A stretch of 64,000 nucleotides of DNA from Bythopirellula sp. GTDB lineage: Bacteria > Planctomycetota > Planctomycetia > Pirellulales > Lacipirellulaceae. The stretch covers positions 640,001-704,000 of the forward strand of contig OZ244170.1 in assembly GCA_965216565.1 (NCBI GenBank). Direction: 5' to 3'. A program made the translations under genes and the position numbers. Shown piece after piece: positions 9,046-17,278 of this stretch. The notes beneath the pieces are model-generated. The model saw only the letters and a program-made list of their open reading frames with translations. It searched no databases and was not told where the DNA came from. Numbering within the stretch: the stretch's first letter is position 1; every line of letters starts with the position of its first letter.

Positions 9046-10794
9046 ATGCCCAAGCGCTGGCGCTTAGCTTCCTGCGATCCTGCCAGTGTTGCCGCCCTGG
9101 AGCGAGCAGCCGGCATCCCTGCAGTGGTGGCCCAACTCCTATGGTCTCGTGGCATCCGCGAGCCCCACCTTGCCCAGCAGTTTCTCCAGCCCAAACTCAA
9201 TGGGCTTCGCGAGCCATCCGAATTGCCGGGGGCTGCGAGTGCAGCGGAATTGATCTTCCAAGCGGTTCAAGCCAAGCGGCGGATCACCATCTACGGCGAC
9301 TACGATGCTGATGGCATGACGGCCACCGCGGTATTGCTGAGGTGCCTGAGAATTCTTCATGCCGAAGTTGACTACTATATTCCCCATCGCATCGACGAAG
9401 GTTATGGACTGAACGAAGAAGCTCTACGCAAGCTTGCAGAAGACGGTGCCGATGTAGTGGTAACGGTCGATTGCGGCATCGCTAGCGTCGATGAAGCAGA
9501 CCTCGCCGCCGAGTTGGGGCTGACTCTGGTGATTACCGACCACCATCAAATGGCCGACACGCTTCCCCAGGCAGCAGTGCTCGTCCATCCTGGACTGCCA
9601 GAGGAGGATTATCCGTTCGCAGGGCTGTGCGGATCGGCGGTAGCATTCAAGCTGGCTTGGGCCCTTTGCCAATTGGCGAGCGAGGGCGATAAAGTTAGCC
9701 CGCGGATGCGTAAGTTTCTGCTTCAAGCGGTCGGCCTTGCTGCGATTGGCACTGTTTGCGACGTCGTCCCTTTAGTGGACGAGAACCGAATCCTAACGCG
9801 AATCGGACTCAACACCCTGAAGGCCGATCCTGTTGTTGGATTGGCGGCCTTGATGCGTCGCACCAAGCTCGACGAAAAACCTTCCCTCGAAGGCGAGGAT
9901 ATTGGTTTCGTCATCGGACCGCGTCTCAATGCAGCGGGGCGACTTGGCCAAACGGAAATAGCGATCGAGTTGCTCACAACCAACGATGAGGAACGTGCCG
10001 AGAAGATTGCACTCTATCTGGACGAGTTGAATACGCAACGTCAATCGCTCGAGCGGAGCATGTCGCGCGCTGCGACCAAGCAATTAAAAGAAAACTTCGA
10101 TCTAGATGCGTGTGCCGCATTGGTTCTGTGCGATCACGAGTGGCATCCAGGAGTGATTGGCATCGTCGCGGGCCGTTTAGCGGAGAAGTACAACCGTCCC
10201 GTGATCATGATTGCTGCTGATTCGTTAGGTGTGAAACCAGGGGTCGGTTCGGCACGGAGCGTTCCCGGCTTCGATTTGCACTCAGCTTTAGCCGAGTGCA
10301 CAGAGTACCTAGTCGCCCATGGTGGACACGCAGCGGCGGCGGGTTTGAAGATCATGCCCGAACAACTCGGGGCGTTTCGCGAAGCTTTCAACCAAATAGC
10401 CAAGGAGCGAATCGGGAGCAAACCGCAGATGCCGGAATTGCAGGTTGATGCCGAGGCCACCCTCCAAATGCTCACTCACCAGACAGTCTCCCAGATTGAG
10501 AGCCTCGCACCGTTTGGACACGGTAATTCGCGACCGGTTCTCTGCGCCTCAGACGTGCGGCTAGCAGGCCCTCCCAAGCGGATGGGGGCCACTGGGCGGC
10601 ATCTATCGATGATGATCGACCAACACGGCGTGAAAATTCGGGCGGTGGCCTTCGGCGGGGGAGATTGGGAAGACGAACTCAATCGCATCGACGGGCCCCT
10701 CTCGATTGCCTTTCGACCGGTGATCAATAGCTTCCGCGGGCGGGTCTCAGTGGAGATTCACCTCGACGATTGGCAAGTCGAAGGCGATTGCTAG
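9046..10794 (+). CDS. recJ: Single-stranded-DNA-specific exonuclease RecJ
   Basis: IYGDYDADG, TVDCG, TDHH, PRLNAAGR, GSARS, GGHAAAAG, LAPFGHGN. Confidence 0.97.
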   Translation: MPKRWRLASCDPASVAALERAAGIPAVVAQLLWSRGIREPHLAQQFLQPKLNGLREPSELPGAASAAELIFQAVQAKRRITIYGDYDADGMTATAVLLRCLRILHAEVDYYIPHRIDEGYGLNEEALRKLAEDGADVVVTVDCGIASVDEADLAAELGLTLVITDHHQMADTLPQAAVLVHPGLPEEDYPFAGLCGSAVAFKLAWALCQLASEGDKVSPRMRKFLLQAVGLAAIGTVCDVVPLVDENRILTRIGLNTLKADPVVGLAALMRRTKLDEKPSLEGEDIGFVIGPRLNAAGRLGQTEIAIELLTTNDEERAEKIALYLDELNTQRQSLERSMSRAATKQLKENFDLDACAALVLCDHEWHPGVIGIVAGRLAEKYNRPVIMIAADSLGVKPGVGSARSVPGFDLHSALAECTEYLVAHGGHAAAAGLKIMPEQLGAFREAFNQIAKERIGSKPQMPELQVDAEATLQMLTHQTVSQIESLAPFGHGNSRPVLCASDVRLAGPPKRMGATGRHLSMMIDQHGVKIRAVAFGGGDWEDELNRIDGPLSIAFRPVINSFRGRVSVEIHLDDWQVEGDC

Positions 10795-10916
10795 CACTCT
10801 GCTAGCATCGCAACCGCCGTTTACATGCCTGCCCCGGGTCCGTATCTTTCGCACCTGCAAATTTGCCTCTGTCGCAAATTTGAGTTCCTAAGCGAAAGAT
10901 AAAGGAATCCCAAGCC

Positions 10917-11711
10917 ATGCCCCGCTCTCTAATCTCGGTTGCTTTCTACGCCAGTTCGCTGGCAATCATGCTCCTCATGGCGACGTCTGCCGTGGCACAG
11001 GAACTGCGAATTGAGACAAGCGTGTATGTCGAGGACGATTCGGAACCAGTTAGCGATGCGCAAACCCTGTTCGACGGGGAGATGGTCTACCATTTCGTGG
11101 AGCAGCCCGCGCAGGTGACGGTTTATCGAGCGCCAGGGCCGAATCGGGATGGACAGTTCATTATCCTCGATCTCGATCGCGAGCAACGGACCGATATTTC
11201 CACAAAGCGGATTGGCAGCTTGATGAAAAAGTTAACCAAATGGGCCGGCGAGCAGGAAGATCCCTTGCTGAAGTTCTCCGCTCAGCCAGTTTTTGAGAAG
11301 ACATTTGACGAGGATTCGGGCGTACTCACGCTGGAAAATCCAGCCTGGACCTACACGGTAGCAACGGTTCCCGCCGAGGATACCAATTCAATGGCCCGCT
11401 ATCGGGAATTTACCGATTGGTACAGTCGACTAAACACAATGCTGCACAGCTCTCCGCCGCCAGGAGCTCGGTTGGAGCTGAACAAGGTGATGTCTAGCCA
11501 CAAGGTGGTTCCAGTTGAAATTCGCCGCACCGTCGAATCGCAGGACGACAGCCTGCGGGCAACACATCTGTTCACCTGGCGATTGTCTCGCGAAGACCGC
11601 CAGCGGATCGACGCCACGCGGGGCCAATTAGCTAGCTTTCAAAAGGTAGAGAACGCCGAGTTCATCGCCCGCGGCAAAGAGGAAGCCGTGGTGCGTGGGC
11701 AGTCGAAGTAA
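10917..11711 (+). CDS. Secreted hypothetical protein
   Basis: Signal peptide ending AVA-Q; 264-aa ORF with AAGGA RBS; no family recognised. Confidence 0.7.
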   Translation: MPRSLISVAFYASSLAIMLLMATSAVAQELRIETSVYVEDDSEPVSDAQTLFDGEMVYHFVEQPAQVTVYRAPGPNRDGQFIILDLDREQRTDISTKRIGSLMKKLTKWAGEQEDPLLKFSAQPVFEKTFDEDSGVLTLENPAWTYTVATVPAEDTNSMARYREFTDWYSRLNTMLHSSPPPGARLELNKVMSSHKVVPVEIRRTVESQDDSLRATHLFTWRLSREDRQRIDATRGQLASFQKVENAEFIARGKEEAVVRGQSK

Positions 11712-11744
11712 GCGGCCAGAATGAACGATTTCTTCACCGAGATA

Positions 11745-11758
11745 CCCGACTAGTCGGG
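11745..11758. terminator. Perfect palindrome between convergent genes (possible terminator)
   Basis: CCCGACTAGTCGGG lies between the stops at 11711 (+) and 11763 (-); no clear U-tract. Confidence 0.4.
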
Positions 11759-11762
11759 ATTC

Positions 11763-12620
11763 TTAGCTACGCGTCAACTCGTGAAAGCGCTTTGTCAGAT
11801 CTTGCGTGATTGGCCCCGGCTTTCCAGTGCCGATGGGGCGGCTATCGACCTTCACTACAGGGATCACCTCAGCGGCTGTGCCGGTGAGGAACACTTCGTC
11901 GGCGATGTAGACATCATGCTTCGTGAGAGTCACCCGCTGCACATTGATGTTGGCCTCAACTGCGAGCTCGATCACAGCCTGGCGTGTCACGCCTCCTAGT
12001 ATGCCGGCATCCATGGGCGGTGTGAGCAGCACGCCATCGCGAACAAGAAAGATGTTGTCGCCAGTACACTCTGCCACCTCTCCGTTGTGGTTCAGCATGA
12101 GTGCTTCGATACAGCCCGCCTGCAGGCCTTCGATTTTCGCGAGGATGTTGTTTAAATAGTTCAGGGATTTGATGCGAGGGCTCAACGCCGCGGGATGGTT
12201 GCGGATGACGCTGGTGGTTATGATCTCTAGACCCTGCTCGTAGAGTTCTTGGGGATAGAGCGCGATCGCATCGGCAATGATGATAATCTGCGGGTTGGAA
12301 CACTTGTTGGGGTCCAATCCCAGTGTTCCTTCACCGCGGGTGACGATCGCGCGAATATAGCCATCTTCGAGTTTGTTAGCAGTAAACGTGTCGTTGACCG
12401 CTTTGCAGAAATCTTCTTGGGTGAGCGGAATATTCAGGCAAATTGCACGGGCCGATTCGTAGAGCCGTCGCACGTGTTCTTCCAGGCGAAAGACCTTACC
12501 ACTGTAGATTCGCAGACCTTCAAACACTCCGTCGCCATAGAGTAAGCCATGATCGAACACGCTTACCTTGGCTTCAGCCTGAGGGACCAATTCGCCGTTG
12601 ATATAGACTTGTCGAGACAT
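11763..12620 (-). CDS. ilvE: Branched-chain amino acid aminotransferase (PLP fold IV)
   Basis: DHGLLYGDGVFEG, RIKSLNYLNNILAK, GILGGVTR, EVFLTGTAAEV. Confidence 0.93.
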   Translation of the reverse strand: MSRQVYINGELVPQAEAKVSVFDHGLLYGDGVFEGLRIYSGKVFRLEEHVRRLYESARAICLNIPLTQEDFCKAVNDTFTANKLEDGYIRAIVTRGEGTLGLDPNKCSNPQIIIIADAIALYPQELYEQGLEIITTSVIRNHPAALSPRIKSLNYLNNILAKIEGLQAGCIEALMLNHNGEVAECTGDNIFLVRDGVLLTPPMDAGILGGVTRQAVIELAVEANINVQRVTLTKHDVYIADEVFLTGTAAEVIPVVKVDSRPIGTGKPGPITQDLTKRFHELTRS

Positions 12621-12696
12621 TGCGCTCTAGGGGTGCAGAATAGACGTGTAATTTGTCAGTAAGACGTCGCAACCCAGGGAAAGGTTCGGCGCGACA

Positions 12697-13494
12697 TCAC
12701 GCCTTCTTAGCGTTCTGCGCCGGTGGTGTCTTCTGGATTCGGCCTTCGACTAGGCGTACGACTCGGTCGGCTTGTTCGGCAATCCAGGGGTCGTGCGTCA
12801 CCATGACTATAGTGAGCTTTTGCTCCTGATTCAACTGCCGCAGAATTGTCATGATTTGCTCGCCTGTAGCACGATCAAGGTTTCCCGTGGGTTCGTCGGC
12901 CAATAGCACACGTGGTTCGGTGAGCAGTGCCCGCGCGATGGCGGCACGCTGCATTTCGCCGCCAGACATTTCGCGAGGCTTGTGCTTGGCTCGATCCGCA
13001 ATGCCCACCATTTCCAAAAGATCCATGGCACGACGACGATAATGTCCCCGACGGGTCCAATAGCTGAATATCCCTTCAGCAATCAGGGCAGGGGCGAGGA
13101 CATTTTCTAGTGCCGTGAGTTCGGGCAAAAGATGATAGAATTGAAAGATCATACCGAAATGCCGATTGCGGAGCAGGTCCCGCCCGGCGCTGGCCAGATT
13201 ATCGATGCGGTGTCCATCGAAATGGATTTCGCCGGCGTCAGGTCGATCGAGTGTTCCCAAAAGATGCAGCAGCGTGCTCTTGCCGCAACCGCTTTGACCG
13301 ACGATGGCCAGGAACTCGCCTTCACGCACCTGCATGTCGATGCCTTGAAGCACGGGCAGTCCTAGTTCACCCTTGCGGTAACTCTTGAATAAGTCGCGCG
13401 TAGAGAGCACTACATTAGCGCTGAGCGTCTCTGGCTGCTGGGACTTTGAATTCCAGGAGCCACTGTGTAGCACTTCAATTGGTACATCATTCAT
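12697..13494 (-). CDS. lolD: Lipoprotein-releasing ABC transporter ATPase, LolD-like
   Basis: Walker [47 protein letters not shown]. Overlaps the permease stop. Confidence 0.85.
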   Translation of the reverse strand: MNDVPIEVLHSGSWNSKSQQPETLSANVVLSTRDLFKSYRKGELGLPVLQGIDMQVREGEFLAIVGQSGCGKSTLLHLLGTLDRPDAGEIHFDGHRIDNLASAGRDLLRNRHFGMIFQFYHLLPELTALENVLAPALIAEGIFSYWTRRGHYRRRAMDLLEMVGIADRAKHKPREMSGGEMQRAAIARALLTEPRVLLADEPTGNLDRATGEQIMTILRQLNQEQKLTIVMVTHDPWIAEQADRVVRLVEGRIQKTPPAQNAKKA

Positions 13495-15022
13495 AACGCA
13501 GGGCCCTAACCGGGTGGAGGCTTGCCGCTCGACAGGCGGGAACGATACTCGAGAGGACAGCGATCGTCGCGGCTCCCAAGCAAATCAAAGTAACCGTTAG
13601 CGGATTGATGACAGTTGGGATCTTGTAGAAGTAGTAGACAGATGGATCGAAAACCGGCTGCCCAGTGATTTTTCCCAAGAGATCAGCAATCTCATTGATG
13701 TTGATCACAAACGTTATGCCCAGGATGGCACCCACTCCTGAGCCAACAATTCCCAGAGCCAGTCCATAAACTAAAAAGATGCCCATCACACCTAGACTGG
13801 AGGCACCGAGCGACTTCAAGATGCCAATGTCGCGAGTTTTCTCTACGACGATCATCATAAAGATGGCCAGGATACCGAATCCGGCAACAGCGATAATCAT
13901 GAACAATAGCACGTTGAGCACGGCCGTCTCCATCTGCACGGCAGCCAATAACGGGCCCTGTTTGTCTCGCCAGGTGTTCACCAGATAGAGTTGAGCCGGA
14001 AAGTCGCCACTATTTCGCAAACGATCGCGGATTGCCTCGGCGTCGGCGCCCTCGCGGAGTTTGATTTGAATCGAAGTGAATTTGCCGATGCCTGTCTCAG
14101 GGTCGATCATCCCGCGGCTTTGCTGCAATTGTCGCAAAGGGACGAACATGAAGCTTGAGTCGTATTCGCTCATCTTGCTCTCATAGAAATCAACGATCGT
14201 GTAAAACTCACTGATCGCTTCAGGGGGCAGCGAGGCTTTAGGGAAGCTCACCCGTACGTCGTCGCCAGGTAAAGCCACGAAGCGGTCGGTGCCATCGGCA
14301 GCTCGATAACTGCACGTGCCAATGCCAAGAACAATTCCGGAGTGGGTTTCGATGGCGGGATCGAAATCGCGTCCCTGCTCCTCATCATTCTCCTTGGCTT
14401 GCTTTGCAAAGGGATCTTGGACTCCAGTGGCCGCTTGATGTTGTTGGATTTGTTTCTCTATCGCTTGTTGCTGCTTTTTTAGGCTGGCTTTGTGCCGTCG
14501 ATAGGCCCAACCGGCACTCTTCATCTGTTCGCGGGGCTTCACCAAATCGGAGTCCGGGGCCTGATGGTCGATCGTGTCGTAGCCGCTATTGCGAAGGGCG
14601 AATGAGAGTTGCTCCCGATTATCGGGATGCTGTAGATAGCTACCGAACGCGCTGACTGTGGAATAGGTGAGCTCATCGATTCCCACCATTGTTGCCTGAT
14701 GGGTAATCAGCTGACCATTGAGCTCAATATACATTAAGGCAGGCACGTGAACGGTGGGCGACATGCCTAAGATGTCGTCACCAGCTTGAGCACGAATCTT
14801 GGCCATGTGGGCATCGGCATCAAGCACACCATCCATCGAACGGCTTTCGACAATGATGTCGCCCAGCATGCCATTCATGCGGGCTTGCATCTCGTCCGTG
14901 AAGCCTGCCATCACGCTGTTGACGACAATCATAGTCGCTACGCCAAGCATGACGCTAACGATACAAACTAGGGCGATATATCGCGTACGCAGGTAACGCC
15001 AGCAGAGAAGAAGCTTGTACAT
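13487..15022 (-). CDS. Lipoprotein-releasing ABC transporter permease, LolC/E (MacB/FtsX type)
   Basis: [53 protein letters not shown]. Enlarged periplasmic domain. Confidence 0.85.
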   Translation of the reverse strand: MYKLLLCWRYLRTRYIALVCIVSVMLGVATMIVVNSVMAGFTDEMQARMNGMLGDIIVESRSMDGVLDADAHMAKIRAQAGDDILGMSPTVHVPALMYIELNGQLITHQATMVGIDELTYSTVSAFGSYLQHPDNREQLSFALRNSGYDTIDHQAPDSDLVKPREQMKSAGWAYRRHKASLKKQQQAIEKQIQQHQAATGVQDPFAKQAKENDEEQGRDFDPAIETHSGIVLGIGTCSYRAADGTDRFVALPGDDVRVSFPKASLPPEAISEFYTIVDFYESKMSEYDSSFMFVPLRQLQQSRGMIDPETGIGKFTSIQIKLREGADAEAIRDRLRNSGDFPAQLYLVNTWRDKQGPLLAAVQMETAVLNVLLFMIIAVAGFGILAIFMMIVVEKTRDIGILKSLGASSLGVMGIFLVYGLALGIVGSGVGAILGITFVININEIADLLGKITGQPVFDPSVYYFYKIPTVINPLTVTLICLGAATIAVLSSIVPACRAASLHPVRALRYE

Positions 15023-15025
15023 GGG

Positions 15026-15041
15026 TCACCATCCGTGGTGA
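15026..15041 (-). promoter_or_regulatory. CsrA-type GGA-loop hairpin at the lolC/E translation start
   Basis: Minus strand UCACCA-CGGA-UGGUGA: perfect 6-bp stem ending 3 nt before the ATG, containing CACGGAUG. Confidence 0.5.
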
Positions 15042-15078
15042 GTGAAGTTTGAATTAGTAAGTTTGAATGCTGAAATAG

Positions 15079-15097
15079 CCCCCGGCTCCGCCGGGGG
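15079..15097. repeat. GC-rich palindromic hairpin (REP-like or terminator) between lysS and lolC/E
   Basis: CCCCCGGC-TCC-GCCGGGGG, 8-bp stem. Flanked by direct repeat AAGTTTGAAT at 15045-15054 and 15059-15068. Confidence 0.55.
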
Positions 15098-15107
15098 ATC
15101 GTGTGCG

Positions 15108-16694
15108 TCACTGTGGCTTGAGTAAGGGGAATAGGATGACGTCGCGGATAGACTGGGCGTTGGTTAGCAGCATCACCAGGCGGTCGATGCCGATGCCGAG
15201 TCCGCCAGCAGGCGGCATGCCGTGGCGGAGGGCACGGACAAAGTCGTGGTCCATCTTGGCCATCGAGTCTTCTTCGTCGAGTCCATCGAGTTGAGTGCGG
15301 AAAAGTTCTTCCTGCAGATCGGGGTCGTTTAGTTCGGTGTAGGCATTGGCTACTTCCATGCCTTGGATGAAGAGCTCAAAACGCTCGGCAATAGCGGGGT
15401 TGTCGGCCTTGCGTTTCGTGAGCGGGCAGATGCTGGCCGGGTAGTCCATCACAAAGATGGGGCCAACCAGTGCGCCTTCGACTTTCTCCTCGAACACGTC
15501 ATTCTTGATCACATCAGGATGCCGGCCTTCGGTTTCGATATGCAATGACTTAGCTAGATCGGCAACCGCAGACTCATCCGCCGGATCGACGCCTGCGTGC
15601 CGCTCGAACAACTCCGCGTAGGTTTTGCGGTCGAACGGTGGTGTGAAATCGATTTCCGCCTCTCCCCAACTCAGCTTGTTTTCCTGCCCTGTGGCTTGGA
15701 TGGCGTCGCATATGCACTGCTCCGTAAGGTCCATCATCGAACGATAATCGCCGAAGGCTTGGTAGACCTCGAGCATGGTGAATTCAGGATTGTGCTTCTG
15801 ACTGATGCCTTCGTTGCGGTAAACACGACCGAGTTCGTACACGCGTTCAATGCCGCCAACCATTAATCGCTTGAGGTGCAGCTCTAAAGCGATGCGTAAT
15901 GTTAGTGGGATGTCGAGGGCATTGTGGTGCGTTTCGAATGGGCGAGCCGCGGCTCCACCGGCGATAGTGTGCAGTGTGGGCCCCTCGACTTCCACAAAGC
16001 CTTGCTTTCCGAGCGTTTCGCGAATCGAGCGGACAATCTGCGTTCGCTGCAAGAAGCGTTCCAGTACGCCCTCGGTATGGATCAGGTCGAGATAGCGCTG
16101 TCGTTGGCGAAGTTCGACGTCCTGTAGTCCGCCGTGCTTGTCGGGAGGTGTCTCAATACTTTTGGTGAGGAAGTGGACGCGTTTCGCGAAGATAGAAAGT
16201 TCGCCCGTATTGCTCCATCCAAGCATCCCATCCACACCGATGATATCACCCAGGTCGACGCACTCGAGCACTTGCCAATCGTCGCCGACTTGCTTTTGAC
16301 CGATCATCAATTGAATTTTGCCGGTCCAGTCGCGGATGTCGACGAAATGAAGCTTGCCCTTATCGCGGTGCAGGACGATCCGTCCGGCAGCTCGAACCTC
16401 GGGCCCCACCAACTCCCCTTTCCCCTGGTCGGCTTTCCATTGGCGAAGGTTAAAGTCCTCACCCTGGACACTGGGATCAGGTACAGGGATCTCCTGGCCA
16501 TCCTCGGTGCGATAGACAATCTGGTCGGCCAGGCTGCGGACGTCGCGAACCAGCGTGCGATCGTCGAACCGCTGGCCCCAAGGGTCGACGCCCAAGTCTT
16601 CGAGCTTGGCCATTTTCTCCCGACGGGCTGCTTCTAAGGCGGAGTACTCGGGCGGATCGGAGCTGTCGGGGTTGTCGGTCATCACGGTCGCCAT
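15108..16694 (-). CDS. lysS: Lysine--tRNA ligase (class II)
   Basis: RQRQRYLDLI, GGAAARPF.TH, LRIALELHLKRL, RVYRNEG..HNPEFTMLE, ANAYTELNDP, GMPPAGGLGIGIDRL. Confidence 0.97.
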   Translation of the reverse strand: MATVMTDNPDSSDPPEYSALEAARREKMAKLEDLGVDPWGQRFDDRTLVRDVRSLADQIVYRTEDGQEIPVPDPSVQGEDFNLRQWKADQGKGELVGPEVRAAGRIVLHRDKGKLHFVDIRDWTGKIQLMIGQKQVGDDWQVLECVDLGDIIGVDGMLGWSNTGELSIFAKRVHFLTKSIETPPDKHGGLQDVELRQRQRYLDLIHTEGVLERFLQRTQIVRSIRETLGKQGFVEVEGPTLHTIAGGAAARPFETHHNALDIPLTLRIALELHLKRLMVGGIERVYELGRVYRNEGISQKHNPEFTMLEVYQAFGDYRSMMDLTEQCICDAIQATGQENKLSWGEAEIDFTPPFDRKTYAELFERHAGVDPADESAVADLAKSLHIETEGRHPDVIKNDVFEEKVEGALVGPIFVMDYPASICPLTKRKADNPAIAERFELFIQGMEVANAYTELNDPDLQEELFRTQLDGLDEEDSMAKMDHDFVRALRHGMPPAGGLGIGIDRLVMLLTNAQSIRDVILFPLLKPQ

Positions 16695-16816
16695 CGGAGG
16701 CTCTGCGCGCAGGAGGGGCGGGTAGTAAGGTTAAGAGAGGTAAGATTTTAGTGGATCGGGGGACGTGGTCAACGGCAGGTTCCGCTGCCCTGCAGATTCG
16801 GGCTCTGCTAGCACTA

Positions 16817-17221
16817 CTATCGTGGTACCTCAAGTCGCCAAGAATTCGACTCACGCTTGAGAATTGCCTGTCCGCAGAGCTTTCCCGCTTTTAGATCAAC
16901 AGCATATTGAGAGGCAGTGCAATCCATCCAATTCAGATCCCCTCGATCGATTCTTTGTACGGTGCCCCGGTTGTCGGAGATTTCCCCTTCGTAGTTTAGG
17001 TACTCAAGCCGATGATCTGCCAAGCGAATGGCTGGAACGCCCACGACAGATCCCAACCGATTGCCATTGGGTTCGAGGTCGAGAGCCCGCAACCAGGAGT
17101 CCGGCAGTTGTCGTAGCTCCCAGGTAAGCAGGGCACCGTCGGATTCCAGCATGAGATCCCAGTGATTGGGCTTACCGCCGTCGGGGCATTCGTGGCGGAG
17201 GAGAACATAGCGATCGGTCAT
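16817..17221 (-). CDS. Stand-alone LigD-type 3'-phosphoesterase domain protein
   Basis: RYVLLRH..HWDLMLE..LLTW..LADHRLEYLNYEGEI..GTVQRIDRG matches the LigD PE domain pattern. Start taken as ATG 17221. Confidence 0.75.
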   Translation of the reverse strand: MTDRYVLLRHECPDGGKPNHWDLMLESDGALLTWELRQLPDSWLRALDLEPNGNRLGSVVGVPAIRLADHRLEYLNYEGEISDNRGTVQRIDRGDLNWMDCTASQYAVDLKAGKLCGQAILKRESNSWRLEVPR

Positions 17222-17278
17222 AACCCCATTGTGGCAGGCAATGCTGAGAATCGCGAGGCCTGCAATCGCCAACAGCGA

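Noticed and set aside
12660..12699. lolD UGA followed by a hairpin (possible Sec read-through into ilvE)
   Set aside because: ilvE is in a different frame and LolD is full length.
15054..15110. lysS UGA followed 10 nt later by a hairpin with a GGA loop, formally like a bacterial SECIS
   Set aside because: LysS is already complete at ILFPLLKPQ. Read-through adds only 17 unremarkable residues before TAA, and a REP-like or terminator hairpin is the simpler explanation.
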